Below, in pieces: positions 19,298-28,007 of a DNA stretch of 64,000 nt. How positions within the stretch are numbered: position 1 is the stretch's first letter; every line of letters begins with the position of its first letter. Below the pieces are notes generated by a model. The model had not been told where the DNA came from and made no database searches. It saw only the letters and a program-made list of their open reading frames with translations. A program made the position numbers and the translations under genes. Location: contig JBBISH010000005.1 of assembly GCA_037441385.1 (NCBI GenBank), positions 1 through 64,000 on the forward strand. Direction: 5' to 3'. The stretch is from Myxococcales bacterium (GTDB lineage Bacteria; Myxococcota_A; UBA9042).

Positions 19298-20953
19298 CTA
19301 CATCTCCAGTCTAGGCTGGCTCTCTTCGGCTGTCAGCGGCGTGTCGTCGGGCGGCGATGCGCGGCGCGCGCGCGACTTGGACCACTCGCGCATCTCGGCC
19401 AGGCGCTCGCGCATGGTCTGCGACAGCGGAATGACTTCGCGGCAGGCCGAGACCAGGCTGTTGGTGCCGATGTCGATGCTGCCCTGACCCTCGTCAAAGG
19501 TGTCGTACAGCGCACCCACCACCGCTTCTTCCAGTTCCGAGCCCGAAAAACCAGAAGTTGCGTCCAACAGTTGCTTCATGTCGAAGAGGCCAGGGTCGCG
19601 GTGGCGCTTCTTGAGCTGGATCGCCAAGATCTCTTCGCGCTCGTTGCGGTTGGGCAGGTCGACAAAGAAGATTTCGTCAAAACGGCCTTTGCGCAGCAGC
19701 TCGGGCGGCAGCATCGACACGTCGTTGGCGGTGGCAATCACGAACACCGGCGAGGTCTTCTCTTGCAGCCACGTCAGGAACGTAGCGAACACACGGGCGG
19801 TGGTACCACCGTCCGACTGCCCCGAGCTTTTGGTGCCCGAAAAGCCCTTCTCCAACTCGTCGAGCCACAGGATGGCCGGCGCCACCGCCTCGGCGGTCTT
19901 GATCGCCCGGCGCATGTTCTCTTCGGACGAACCGACCAGCGAGCCGAACACCTTGCCCACGTCCAAGCGCAGCAGCGGCATCTGCCAAGCTTGCGAAATC
20001 GCCTTAGCGCTCAGCGACTTGCCGCAACCTGGCACGCCCAGCAGTAGGATGCCCTTGGGCGCCGGCAGGCCGAATTCCTGCGCCGCCGGGGCAAACGCGT
20101 TGCGCCGCTTGTTCAGCCATTCCTTCATGTGGATCAGGCCGCCCACCGACTCCATGCCCAGCGCGGTCTCGTAGAATTCCAGAATGCCCGACTTGCGGAT
20201 GATGTGCTTCTTTTCCTGCAAAATCGTCTTGAGGTGGAAGCCCTTGTCGCGCACGGTGGTCTTGGCGAACACCTGGCGCGCTTCTTGCTCGGTCAAGCCC
20301 AGGGCGGCTTCAGCGATCTCGCGCTGCAGTTCGGGCGACTCGAGCACCTTTTGGAAATTCTTGCCAAAACGCTGCGACTTGGCGCCGTTGAACGCCATCT
20401 CGCGCACGATGTCTTCCATGGTCTGGCGATCGGGCAGGTCAAAGTCGACCACCACCGCGTCTTTCTCCAGTTCCATGGGAATCTTGACGATCGGCGACAA
20501 GAACACCACGGTGCGCTTGCACTGCGCGTCGGCAAAGGTATGGGGCAGGTCGCGGACGCGGCGCGCCACCATGGGATCATTGAAGAAGGGGTGGAAATCG
20601 CGGAGCACCACCACCGCGTCGCGGGTCAGGTTGTTCGACACCCAATCCAGCGCGCGGATCGGGTCGCGGATATCGCCCGGCACGTCGGCGGTGTCGCAGC
20701 GGAAACCCTGCGAGCACGACCACTTGATGAGCTGGCGCGGCTGCCAAGCGGTCACGTCCCAGCGATCGCGCAGCACCGGCGAGTCCAGCACGGCCAGGTC
20801 GCGGAGCCACTTTTCCACGCGCTCTTCTTCGGCCGAAACCACGTAGACCAGCTTGTACTGGGCGCGGATCAGGTAGTGCAGCTCGTCGACGGCCGGCGGA
20901 ACGGGGCGAAACGGCGAAGCCTCGGCAGCCTCGGTGATCATGTTGGTCGACAT
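19298..20953 (-). CDS. Ycf46-family AAA+ ATPase
   Basis: EEER, LRDFHPF, GVPGCGKSLSAK, LRLDVG, SSEENMR, WLDELEK, PPELLRKGRFDEIFFVDLP, PLSQTMRE. Confidence 0.9.
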   Translation of the reverse strand: MSTNMITEAAEASPFRPVPPAVDELHYLIRAQYKLVYVVSAEEERVEKWLRDLAVLDSPVLRDRWDVTAWQPRQLIKWSCSQGFRCDTADVPGDIRDPIRALDWVSNNLTRDAVVVLRDFHPFFNDPMVARRVRDLPHTFADAQCKRTVVFLSPIVKIPMELEKDAVVVDFDLPDRQTMEDIVREMAFNGAKSQRFGKNFQKVLESPELQREIAEAALGLTEQEARQVFAKTTVRDKGFHLKTILQEKKHIIRKSGILEFYETALGMESVGGLIHMKEWLNKRRNAFAPAAQEFGLPAPKGILLLGVPGCGKSLSAKAISQAWQMPLLRLDVGKVFGSLVGSSEENMRRAIKTAEAVAPAILWLDELEKGFSGTKSSGQSDGGTTARVFATFLTWLQEKTSPVFVIATANDVSMLPPELLRKGRFDEIFFVDLPNRNEREEILAIQLKKRHRDPGLFDMKQLLDATSGFSGSELEEAVVGALYDTFDEGQGSIDIGTNSLVSACREVIPLSQTMRERLAEMREWSKSRARRASPPDDTPLTAEESQPRLEM

Positions 20954-21047
20954 CGATCTTCTCCGGCGGCGCCGCGGCGCCACGTGCTAGTTCGTTGGCA
21001 TCGCTTGGGGAATTCGCAAACGGACCCGCGGAGGGTCGCCCAAGCTG

Positions 21048-22943
21048 CTAGTGCAGGCCAAGGTCTTGTTGCAGGGACTTGATCATGCGCTCTTGCATGC
21101 CCAGGTCTTGCGCCAGCACCACCGTGGCGTCCAGCACCAACTCGATCTGGTCGGCGAGCTCGCCCGTCTTGTCGCGCTGGCGGTTGAGCCGATCGGCGGT
21201 GTCGCGTGCCAACAAGGCATTGCGCTTGCTTGCCACGATCGCTTCGGCCAAATCGGCGATCTGCTCGCCCATCTCGGCGGTAATCGCGGGCCCAGCTTTG
21301 GCGCTGCCCGCTTCCATCAGTTCGGCGATGCGCCGTTCGGCGTCCTTGACCTGCTGTTCGGCGTGGTCGGCGCGCAGCTTGTGGCGGTCCAATTCCCCTT
21401 GCAGGGCGCGGGCATTGCCGCCCTCGGCCGCGGCGGCCTCTAGCTTGAGCTCGGCCTTGGCCAGATCGCGCTGCACCTGCTGCAATTCCTCGCGCATGCG
21501 CTCGATTTCGCGAACCTTGGCCTTGAATTCGGGGTGCTCGGTAAAGTCGATTTCCTTGGGCTTCTTGTCGGCCGCCGACTTGGCCGCGTCCAGGTCTTTG
21601 CGCAAGTTGTCGATCTGGCGGCTCTGCTCGTTGATGCGGTCGCCCAGTTCGTCGTTGCGCTTGATGGCGTTGTGGAAGTCTTGCAGCAGCTTGCGCTTTT
21701 CGTCTTCCAGGCCGCTGATGCCCACGCCCATCTGCGCTTGACGTAGCTCCAGCTCTTTGGCGCGCAACTCGGCCTTCTTCTCTTGGATCAGGTTCTCTTT
21801 CTCCTCGATGATTTCCTGGAGCATGTTGATCTTGCGCTCGTAGGAATTGTTCGAGAAGTTGCCGTCGTTGATGATCGACTCCAGCGACAGCACTTGGTCC
21901 TTCAGCGCTCGCGCCTCGTAGTCCAGCTGATCGTACTGCCGCTGCAGTTCTTCGATCTGGCGATCCTTTTGCGTGACGCGGACTTTCAGGCCGGCGATGC
22001 GCTCTTGGGCGTCGGCGCTTTTGTCTTCCGCTTCCTTGGCGCGCCGCTCCAGCTCGCGGACCTTGGCCTCGGACTCCAGCGCGTCGTTCTCTTTGTGCGA
22101 AAACTTCTCGCGCTCTTGCTCCAGCTGCCGGCTCAGCGTCTGGGCGTGTTCCTTGAGTTGCGAGTACTTGTCGTACAAGCCCTCGTCGGCCACCGCGTTG
22201 CGTTCCATGTCGCGGATGCGGTTTTCGGCCGCCAGCGCGCGCTGCAGCAGCTTGCCGTTTTCGGCCTGGATCTCGGCCAAGGTGCGGCGGAGCGAGTCCA
22301 TCTCGGCGTGGTTGACCTGGATGACCGGCATCGGCGCGCTGGCGTTGGGCACCTGCGGCGCCGACATGGCCGCCGAGGGCACGCGCGACATCTGTGCCGA
22401 CGCGGGGCGCTCCGCCGGGACGGGCGCCCGTTCTACCGGCCGTTCTGCGGGGCGCTCCAGGGGTGGGCGCTCGGCGTGGCCGCCGCGGTCCAGGTTGCGC
22501 AGCTCGGGCAGGGCGCTGCGGGCCTCCAACTGCTCGCGGAGCTGCTGGGCCATGCCGGGCTGATGCATGGTCGGCCCAGGCATGTGCTGGCGGGGCGCCG
22601 GGCCCGCAGCGGGGGCCGGGGCGCGGCTCTGGGCCGGGGCGTCGCCGGCGCGGGCATGGATCTCAAAGCGCTCGCCGCAGCGGACCACGTCGCCTTCGCG
22701 GATGCCAGCGCGCTTGACCTGCTTGCCGTTGACAAAGGTGCCGTTGGCCGAGCCGATGTCCTTGATGTAGTAGGTCCGGTCCTGGTCGTCGTAGCCAATG
22801 CGCCCGTGGTCGCGCGAGACCGTCGACTCATTCGAGAAGATCTTGGAAACGTTGGGCTTGCGGCCGATGGTGACCGGCTCGATGTCCTGGCTCATCTGCA
22901 ACTGCATGAGCTTGCCGTCGACGTCGCGCCACTCCAGGTACAT
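21048..22943 (-). CDS. FHA domain + long coiled-coil protein
   Basis: FHA motifs TIGR, VSRDH, DIGSANGTFVNG; ~400-aa heptad-rich C-terminal part. Confidence 0.85.
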   Translation of the reverse strand: MYLEWRDVDGKLMQLQMSQDIEPVTIGRKPNVSKIFSNESTVSRDHGRIGYDDQDRTYYIKDIGSANGTFVNGKQVKRAGIREGDVVRCGERFEIHARAGDAPAQSRAPAPAAGPAPRQHMPGPTMHQPGMAQQLREQLEARSALPELRNLDRGGHAERPPLERPAERPVERAPVPAERPASAQMSRVPSAAMSAPQVPNASAPMPVIQVNHAEMDSLRRTLAEIQAENGKLLQRALAAENRIRDMERNAVADEGLYDKYSQLKEHAQTLSRQLEQEREKFSHKENDALESEAKVRELERRAKEAEDKSADAQERIAGLKVRVTQKDRQIEELQRQYDQLDYEARALKDQVLSLESIINDGNFSNNSYERKINMLQEIIEEKENLIQEKKAELRAKELELRQAQMGVGISGLEDEKRKLLQDFHNAIKRNDELGDRINEQSRQIDNLRKDLDAAKSAADKKPKEIDFTEHPEFKAKVREIERMREELQQVQRDLAKAELKLEAAAAEGGNARALQGELDRHKLRADHAEQQVKDAERRIAELMEAGSAKAGPAITAEMGEQIADLAEAIVASKRNALLARDTADRLNRQRDKTGELADQIELVLDATVVLAQDLGMQERMIKSLQQDLGLH

Positions 22944-23231
22944 CCGCGCCTGCCTCCCCGCTCTCCGTACCACCGCCGCGGTACCAGCTGCGACCGCGTG
23001 CCGCAGTCACAGCGCCAGTCCAGCGCACAGTCGCGGCACCCGCCCTATGTTTCACTGGAAGCTGCAAACTTGCAACCCTGGGCACGCGGTCTGCGCAATT
23101 CCGACCGACTCCTTCGCCATGCGAGCGGGCAGAACGGCCAAGTCGCGCCGCGCAGCCGGTTCGCGCTTGATCCGACTTGGCTGGACGAGCGGCTGCGATC
23201 GTGGCGGCCGGGCTCTTGGGCTTGGGGTGGA

Positions 23232-24329
23232 TCAGAAGCCCTTGGCCATCACCGCCGGCATGCCGCGCTCGATCTCGCGCACCGACTGAGTCAGCACGGC
23301 CAGCGAGTGGCGATCGTACGCTTCGACCACGGTGGCCACGCCGATCTGCTCGTCCGGGAATTCCTTCAAGTTGCCCACGTCGCTACGCCGCAGACCGTCG
23401 CCGCGCCACATGATCTCGAACCGATTGCCCTTCTCCACACCGTCGTCGGCACCCTTGTCGATGTAGACGTAGTGGAACTGGCCCGCCGCCGTGGTCTCGT
23501 GGTGGAAGTCGACGATCGTGCCAAAGAGTTCGACCTTGTTCGGCGTCGGCTTGGTGAGCGTCAGCGGCTCGAACACGTTCGTCACCAGATCGCCGCGGCT
23601 GATTTCCGAGTACGACCGCGTCAGGAGCACGCTGGCGAGCGGCTTGTTGGTGCGCAGGACCTTGCCTTCGCCCAAGAAATTGATCTTGTAACCGATCACC
23701 TTGCCTGTCAGCGGATGGACCACCTCGCGCTCGACGCGATACAGCGTGTAGCGGTCGTTCTCTTTGACGCACGGGCCCACAAACGCGTCGGGGTCCTTCT
23801 CGCGCGCCTCGGGCGTGTCTTCGCTGCAGCGGCGCATCTGGAAGCGCACGTAGACTTCGTCCAGCGTGCCCAGCATGTTGCGCTCTTCGCGGCTGGCTTC
23901 CACGGCGCCGGATTCGCGGTAGTCGCGCGAGCTGATGTAGCCCACGCGGCGCACCAACTCAACCGGGGCGTTCTTGATCGGCTGGAACCGCGACGACGCG
24001 AAGGTGACGGCCTTTTGCGCCTGGGCTGGCGGGGCCTTGCGCGACAGGTACAGGACGTCGCCGGGGTAGATCTGGTGCGGATTGGTGATCTGCGGGTTGT
24101 AGGACCACAGCGATGGCCAGTACCAGGGATCATCGTACAACTGCTCGGCGATCGACCACAGCGTGTCACCTTGCTCCACCACGTAGATGCGCTCGCCGGT
24201 CTTGGCCGAGTCCTGCACCGCGATCGTCGGTTGCGATTTGTCGGGCAGCCACTGGGCCTGCGCCGCCCCAGCAACGGTCACTGCGGGCACGGCCACGGCC
24301 AGCGCAGCCAGCCAATACAGGTACTTCAT
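23232..24329 (-). CDS. LysM peptidoglycan-binding secreted protein (TsaP-like)
   Basis: Signal peptide; YVVEQGDTLWSIA..LYDDPWYWPSLWSYNPQITNPHQIYPGD; VYIDKGADDGV. Confidence 0.85.
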   Translation of the reverse strand: MKYLYWLAALAVAVPAVTVAGAAQAQWLPDKSQPTIAVQDSAKTGERIYVVEQGDTLWSIAEQLYDDPWYWPSLWSYNPQITNPHQIYPGDVLYLSRKAPPAQAQKAVTFASSRFQPIKNAPVELVRRVGYISSRDYRESGAVEASREERNMLGTLDEVYVRFQMRRCSEDTPEAREKDPDAFVGPCVKENDRYTLYRVEREVVHPLTGKVIGYKINFLGEGKVLRTNKPLASVLLTRSYSEISRGDLVTNVFEPLTLTKPTPNKVELFGTIVDFHHETTAAGQFHYVYIDKGADDGVEKGNRFEIMWRGDGLRRSDVGNLKEFPDEQIGVATVVEAYDRHSLAVLTQSVREIERGMPAVMAKGF

Positions 24330-25258
24330 GGTTCCGTCCGTGGCGGCCGATGGGCCAGGTCGTCACCGGCGCGCTTGGCCGCCGGCGTCCCCGGATAGTG
24401 TTTGCACAACTGGCGCAGCACATCGCCCGCACCGGCGTCGTCGCCAAGCTTCTCGTAGCTTTTGGCCAACTTGTACATGGCGTCGGGCACTTTGTTGCCG
24501 CGCGGGTATTCTTTGGCGACGCGCACGAAGTAGCCGGCGGCCTTGAGCCATTGCGACTGGGCGTACCAACTCTCGCCGATCCAATACAGGGCGTTGTCGG
24601 CCAGGTCGTGATCCGGGTGGGCCTGCAGCAGTTGCTCAAAGGCCGCGCGCGCGGCCGGCAGTTGCTCGCTGTCCAGCAGGGACTTGGCCTGGTTGTAGAG
24701 CACCACCGCCGGATCACCCTTGGGTTTTTGGTTGTCCAACTGCGGCGGCAGATCGCCGCCGGGGCCCGACGGACTGGGCGTGGGCGCGGGCACGGCTACC
24801 GCCACCGGCGTGTCCGGCAACTCGCCGCCGCCCTCTTCCTCGGCCTCGACCGCGCGCGGCGGCACCTGTGCGGGTCCAACGCGCACTGTGGGCAACTTGG
24901 GAATCCAGCTCGACTCTTTGCGCGATCGATCGACCCGGGCCGAATCCGCCTTCTCTTCGACCATCACCAGTCGGCTGCGCAGTTCATCGAACTGCACCCG
25001 CGAGGCCGCCTGGCTCCGCTTGAGCTCGTCCAGATCGTCGCGAAGGGCCTGAAGTTCGGATTCGAGCTGTTGAACCCGGGTCGAGCCGCATCCGGTCGCC
25101 AAGAGCAATGCGGCGCTGGCTGCCAAGCCGGGAATTGCAACTGCTTGCGGAAATAGGGGAAATCGCAAGCTCGCCTCGCTGGCCGGGACCATACCCAGCC
25201 GCCAATGCCGCGCGCCAGACCGTGGGGCCAGGATCGCGACGTCTAGACCGTACCGCAA
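24326..25258 (-). CDS. Tol-Pal-associated CpoB/YbgF-like TPR lipoprotein (start uncertain)
   Basis: Lipobox LATGC, N-terminal coiled coil, LADNALYWIGESWY, YPRGNKVPDAMYKLA, YPGTPAAKRA. Confidence 0.8.
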   Translation of the reverse strand: MRYGLDVAILAPRSGARHWRLGMVPASEASLRFPLFPQAVAIPGLAASAALLLATGCGSTRVQQLESELQALRDDLDELKRSQAASRVQFDELRSRLVMVEEKADSARVDRSRKESSWIPKLPTVRVGPAQVPPRAVEAEEEGGGELPDTPVAVAVPAPTPSPSGPGGDLPPQLDNQKPKGDPAVVLYNQAKSLLDSEQLPAARAAFEQLLQAHPDHDLADNALYWIGESWYAQSQWLKAAGYFVRVAKEYPRGNKVPDAMYKLAKSYEKLGDDAGAGDVLRQLCKHYPGTPAAKRAGDDLAHRPPRTEP

Positions 25259-25270
25259 GGGCCGCTCATG

Positions 25271-25672
25271 TCAACATTTCTGGCCGCGCCGCCGCACCTG
25301 CGCCCAGCCCGACCGCAGTGACGGCGCGACTTGGGCCCAGCCCAGACCCAGCCGCCGCAGCAACCACACGGGCAACCCGTGGTCCGGCCAACGCAGCACC
25401 AAGGGCCCCCAGCGCAGCGCCGCCAGCTTGCCCATGACCGCCAGGCGCGGCACGGGCGGGTCGGCGCGGTGGTTGGTGTCGCCACGGGTTTCCAGGCGAT
25501 CGCCGCGCACCGAAATCACGCGGTGCAGCACGAGAACTCCAGGGCGATCTGAAATAAAACCTATGATATCGCCAATTTCAAGCTCGTCGGCGGGCCGGAG
25601 TTGGACCTGAAACGGCGTCCGCAGCGGCCACATCGACGCGCCGTGCACGGGCCACCAGGTCGCCTCTGTCAT
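25271..25672 (-). CDS. S24/S26-family (signal-peptidase-like, Ser-His) peptidase
   Basis: GASMWP, GDII, VLHRV, TRGDTN..ADPP; start chosen at MTEATWW. Confidence 0.75.
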   Translation of the reverse strand: MTEATWWPVHGASMWPLRTPFQVQLRPADELEIGDIIGFISDRPGVLVLHRVISVRGDRLETRGDTNHRADPPVPRLAVMGKLAALRWGPLVLRWPDHGLPVWLLRRLGLGWAQVAPSLRSGWAQVRRRGQKC

Positions 25673-25726
25673 ACCAGTTCCGTCCCAATCGGATTGAAAA
25701 ATCCGGCGATTCTTCGGGCCCGAACT
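25672..25726 (-). mobile_element. Degenerate partial copy of MITE family A
   Basis: TACCAGTTCCGTCCCAATCGGATTGAAAAATCCGGCGATTCTTCGGGCCCGAAC aligns to the reverse complement of ~14722-14776. Confidence 0.65.
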
Positions 25727-25736
25727 TGGGTGCGCA

Positions 25737-26939
25737 TCATTCCACGTCACCCACGCGCACACCGCGGCCTTTCTGCGGGCGGTAGATGGGGAAGATGAAC
25801 TTGCCGGGGCGCGGCGGGTGGCTGCCGCCGTCTGGAATACTCGCCCAATCCTCTGCGGTTAGCTTGGCCCCGCGGGCCTGCTCGTAGCCGCGGAGCTCGG
25901 CGCGCGTGCGCGTGTGGAAGTGCGCGGGGGGCGTCTTGTAGTCACCGGTCGTCTTGTATGCCTCGCCGGGGCAATAGAAGCACATTCCGCTGCCCGCGCA
26001 GGTCATGCAGCCGTCGCGGTCCTTGTTCTTCCAATTCTGCAGTCCTTTGAGCTGCGGCGAGTTCTCCCAAATGTCGACCAACCGGTGCTCGCGCAGGTGG
26101 CCCAGCTCCATCGGGAACATGACGCAGGGCCACACCGCGCCGTCGGGCGAGATATAGAACTGGGTGCGACCAGCGCCGCACGGGCCTTCCTCGGGACGCT
26201 CGTGGATGGGCACCATGTTGTTGCCGATCGACTTGGCCGCGGCGTACGCCAGCGCCTTGGCCCGTTCGCGCTGCACGTCGCTCAGGTTCAGCAAGTCCAG
26301 GTCTTCGCGCGCCAGGTGGTCGCGGTAGATCGACGTGCCAAACTTGACGACCATGCCCTGACGCGTGAAGTGGCCAAAGAACTCGGGAATTTCCTCGATC
26401 GTCTCGGGCTGGACGATGAACTCGATCTCCACGGCCACGCCAGCCGCCTTCAGGCAGGCGATGCCGGCCATGGTCGCCACCCACGAGCCCGGCCGGCGCG
26501 TGAACCGATCATGCACGTCGGCCCGCAGGCTGTAGACCGAGATCTTGGCCTCCATCACGCCGGCCGCCGCCAGCCCTTGCGCGATGGCGGGGGTGATGGC
26601 GCCGGCATGGGTGCGAATCACCTGGCGGAATCCAAGCTTGGCCGCGGACTGAATCAGCTCCAGCAGGTCGGCCCGCTGGGTCACTTCGCCGCCGCTCCAG
26701 GCGACGAACCAAACGCCCAGCTCGGCCAACTGCTCTAGCACCGCCAGCCACTCCGCGGTCGTCAGCTCGGGCCAGGTGGTGCGGTTGTCCAGGTAGCAGT
26801 GCTGGCAATCCAACTCGCAGCGGTAGGTCACGTCGATTTGCACGCGCGCCGGCCGGCCGCTGCTCTGGTAGGCCGCGACCAGGCGGTCCAGGAAATCGTC
26901 CTGCTGCGGCGTATCTTGTTGAGCCATTCCCAATTCCAT
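25737..26939 (-). CDS. Radical SAM / SPASM-domain peptide maturase
   Basis: CELDCQHC (CxxxCxxC), SGGE, SPASM CGAG..FYISPDGAVWPC and CMTC...C..CPG. Confidence 0.9.
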   Translation of the reverse strand: MELGMAQQDTPQQDDFLDRLVAAYQSSGRPARVQIDVTYRCELDCQHCYLDNRTTWPELTTAEWLAVLEQLAELGVWFVAWSGGEVTQRADLLELIQSAAKLGFRQVIRTHAGAITPAIAQGLAAAGVMEAKISVYSLRADVHDRFTRRPGSWVATMAGIACLKAAGVAVEIEFIVQPETIEEIPEFFGHFTRQGMVVKFGTSIYRDHLAREDLDLLNLSDVQRERAKALAYAAAKSIGNNMVPIHERPEEGPCGAGRTQFYISPDGAVWPCVMFPMELGHLREHRLVDIWENSPQLKGLQNWKNKDRDGCMTCAGSGMCFYCPGEAYKTTGDYKTPPAHFHTRTRAELRGYEQARGAKLTAEDWASIPDGGSHPPRPGKFIFPIYRPQKGRGVRVGDVE

Positions 26940-26957
26940 CCCGTCGCAGTGCGGCGA

Positions 26958-27746
26958 CTACTCCCAGAGCACCCTCTCTAGTAGCGGGAGCGGGGTGTCC
27001 AGGCAATGCGACAAGGAGTAACTGGGCACGCTGCCCAGCAAATTGACCAAGTGCTCCGTCATGCGATGGGTAACCCACGGAGTCGCGTAGTAGGTCTGTT
27101 CCAGCAGTCGCTGCACGGACCACGTCAGGGGCAGCGGCTCTTTGGCGGTGCTGCTGCGGTCGGGTCCCAACGTGAAAATTCGCCGCAGCGGCGCAACGAA
27201 CGGATGGTCGCCTGGCCCGGCGCGGTGGATGTTTTGGAACCACACCTGCCAGCCGTCGTCGCCGGGCATCAGCAAGCTGGTGTCGTCGTGCAGATAGCGG
27301 CCGTGGAAGCGCCGGGCCAGCGTTGACTTGCCCGCTCCAGACTGGCCGCAAACCACCACCGCCTCGTTGGCGCGCCGAAGGGTCGCGCCGTGCAGCAGAA
27401 TACCGCCGCGACGCAAGGCCAGTGCCAGCATGGTCGCCAGGGCGGTCGAGCTGCGCAAGTCCAGCTGATCATAGGGGCTCTCTGGCACAGGCCAGTGCCA
27501 AACCGCAGTCATCGAGGGCCAGTCGATGTCTACCGCCGTGCGCCGGGCAACGATGCGACAGCCGCTGTCGGTCCACGTCATGAATTGTGCGTAGTCTTCG
27601 TCGCTGGGCGGCGCGTCAAAGGGCAGCAGATCGACCTGCAGCCGCTGTCCTTGCCGCGCCGGGCGTTCGCCGCAGCCAAGGGGAAACCAGGCCTGGCCGT
27701 GGGTGTTCACCGCGACGTCCAGCGGTCCAAGCTGCCAGCCGTACAC
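26958..27746 (-). CDS. HPr-kinase-related P-loop protein (RiPP-cluster kinase-like)
   Basis: LLHGA...VVCGQSGAGKSTLA...LHDD motif set. Confidence 0.7.
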   Translation of the reverse strand: MYGWQLGPLDVAVNTHGQAWFPLGCGERPARQGQRLQVDLLPFDAPPSDEDYAQFMTWTDSGCRIVARRTAVDIDWPSMTAVWHWPVPESPYDQLDLRSSTALATMLALALRRGGILLHGATLRRANEAVVVCGQSGAGKSTLARRFHGRYLHDDTSLLMPGDDGWQVWFQNIHRAGPGDHPFVAPLRRIFTLGPDRSSTAKEPLPLTWSVQRLLEQTYYATPWVTHRMTEHLVNLLGSVPSYSLSHCLDTPLPLLERVLWE

Positions 27747-27755
27747 AGCAAAGAC

Positions 27756-27950
27756 TCAGCAGGGATCGCCAAAGCCCGCCGTTGGGCACGCGACCGTGTC
27801 GGGGCAGCTGTTTTGCGTGCAGCCCGACTGGATCAGGCCCTGCAGCAGCCCGCGCTGCGAGTGCAACGTCGGCGCCGAGTAGGCTCGCCGCTGCTTGGTC
27901 TGCTCCGCAGGTTTGGCGTTGGCCTTTGCGTGCGTCTGTGTTTTCTGCAT
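27756..27950 (-). CDS. Putative RiPP precursor peptide (64 aa)
   Basis: AGGGAG RBS; leader with RRAYSAPTL (YxxPxL); core GCTQNSCPDTVACPTAGFGDPC; adjacent to kinase, rSAM and near PqqD. Confidence 0.75.
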   Translation of the reverse strand: MQKTQTHAKANAKPAEQTKQRRAYSAPTLHSQRGLLQGLIQSGCTQNSCPDTVACPTAGFGDPC

Positions 27951-28007
27951 AGGTCGTCTCCCTGCAAGTCTTCGCTGGGCGCGGGGCTTGTGCCGCGGGC
28001 GCCGCTG

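Noticed and set aside
23079..23096. Sigma54-like GG-N10-GC on the plus strand
   Set aside because: Points opposite to the flanking minus-strand genes; likely chance in GC-rich DNA.
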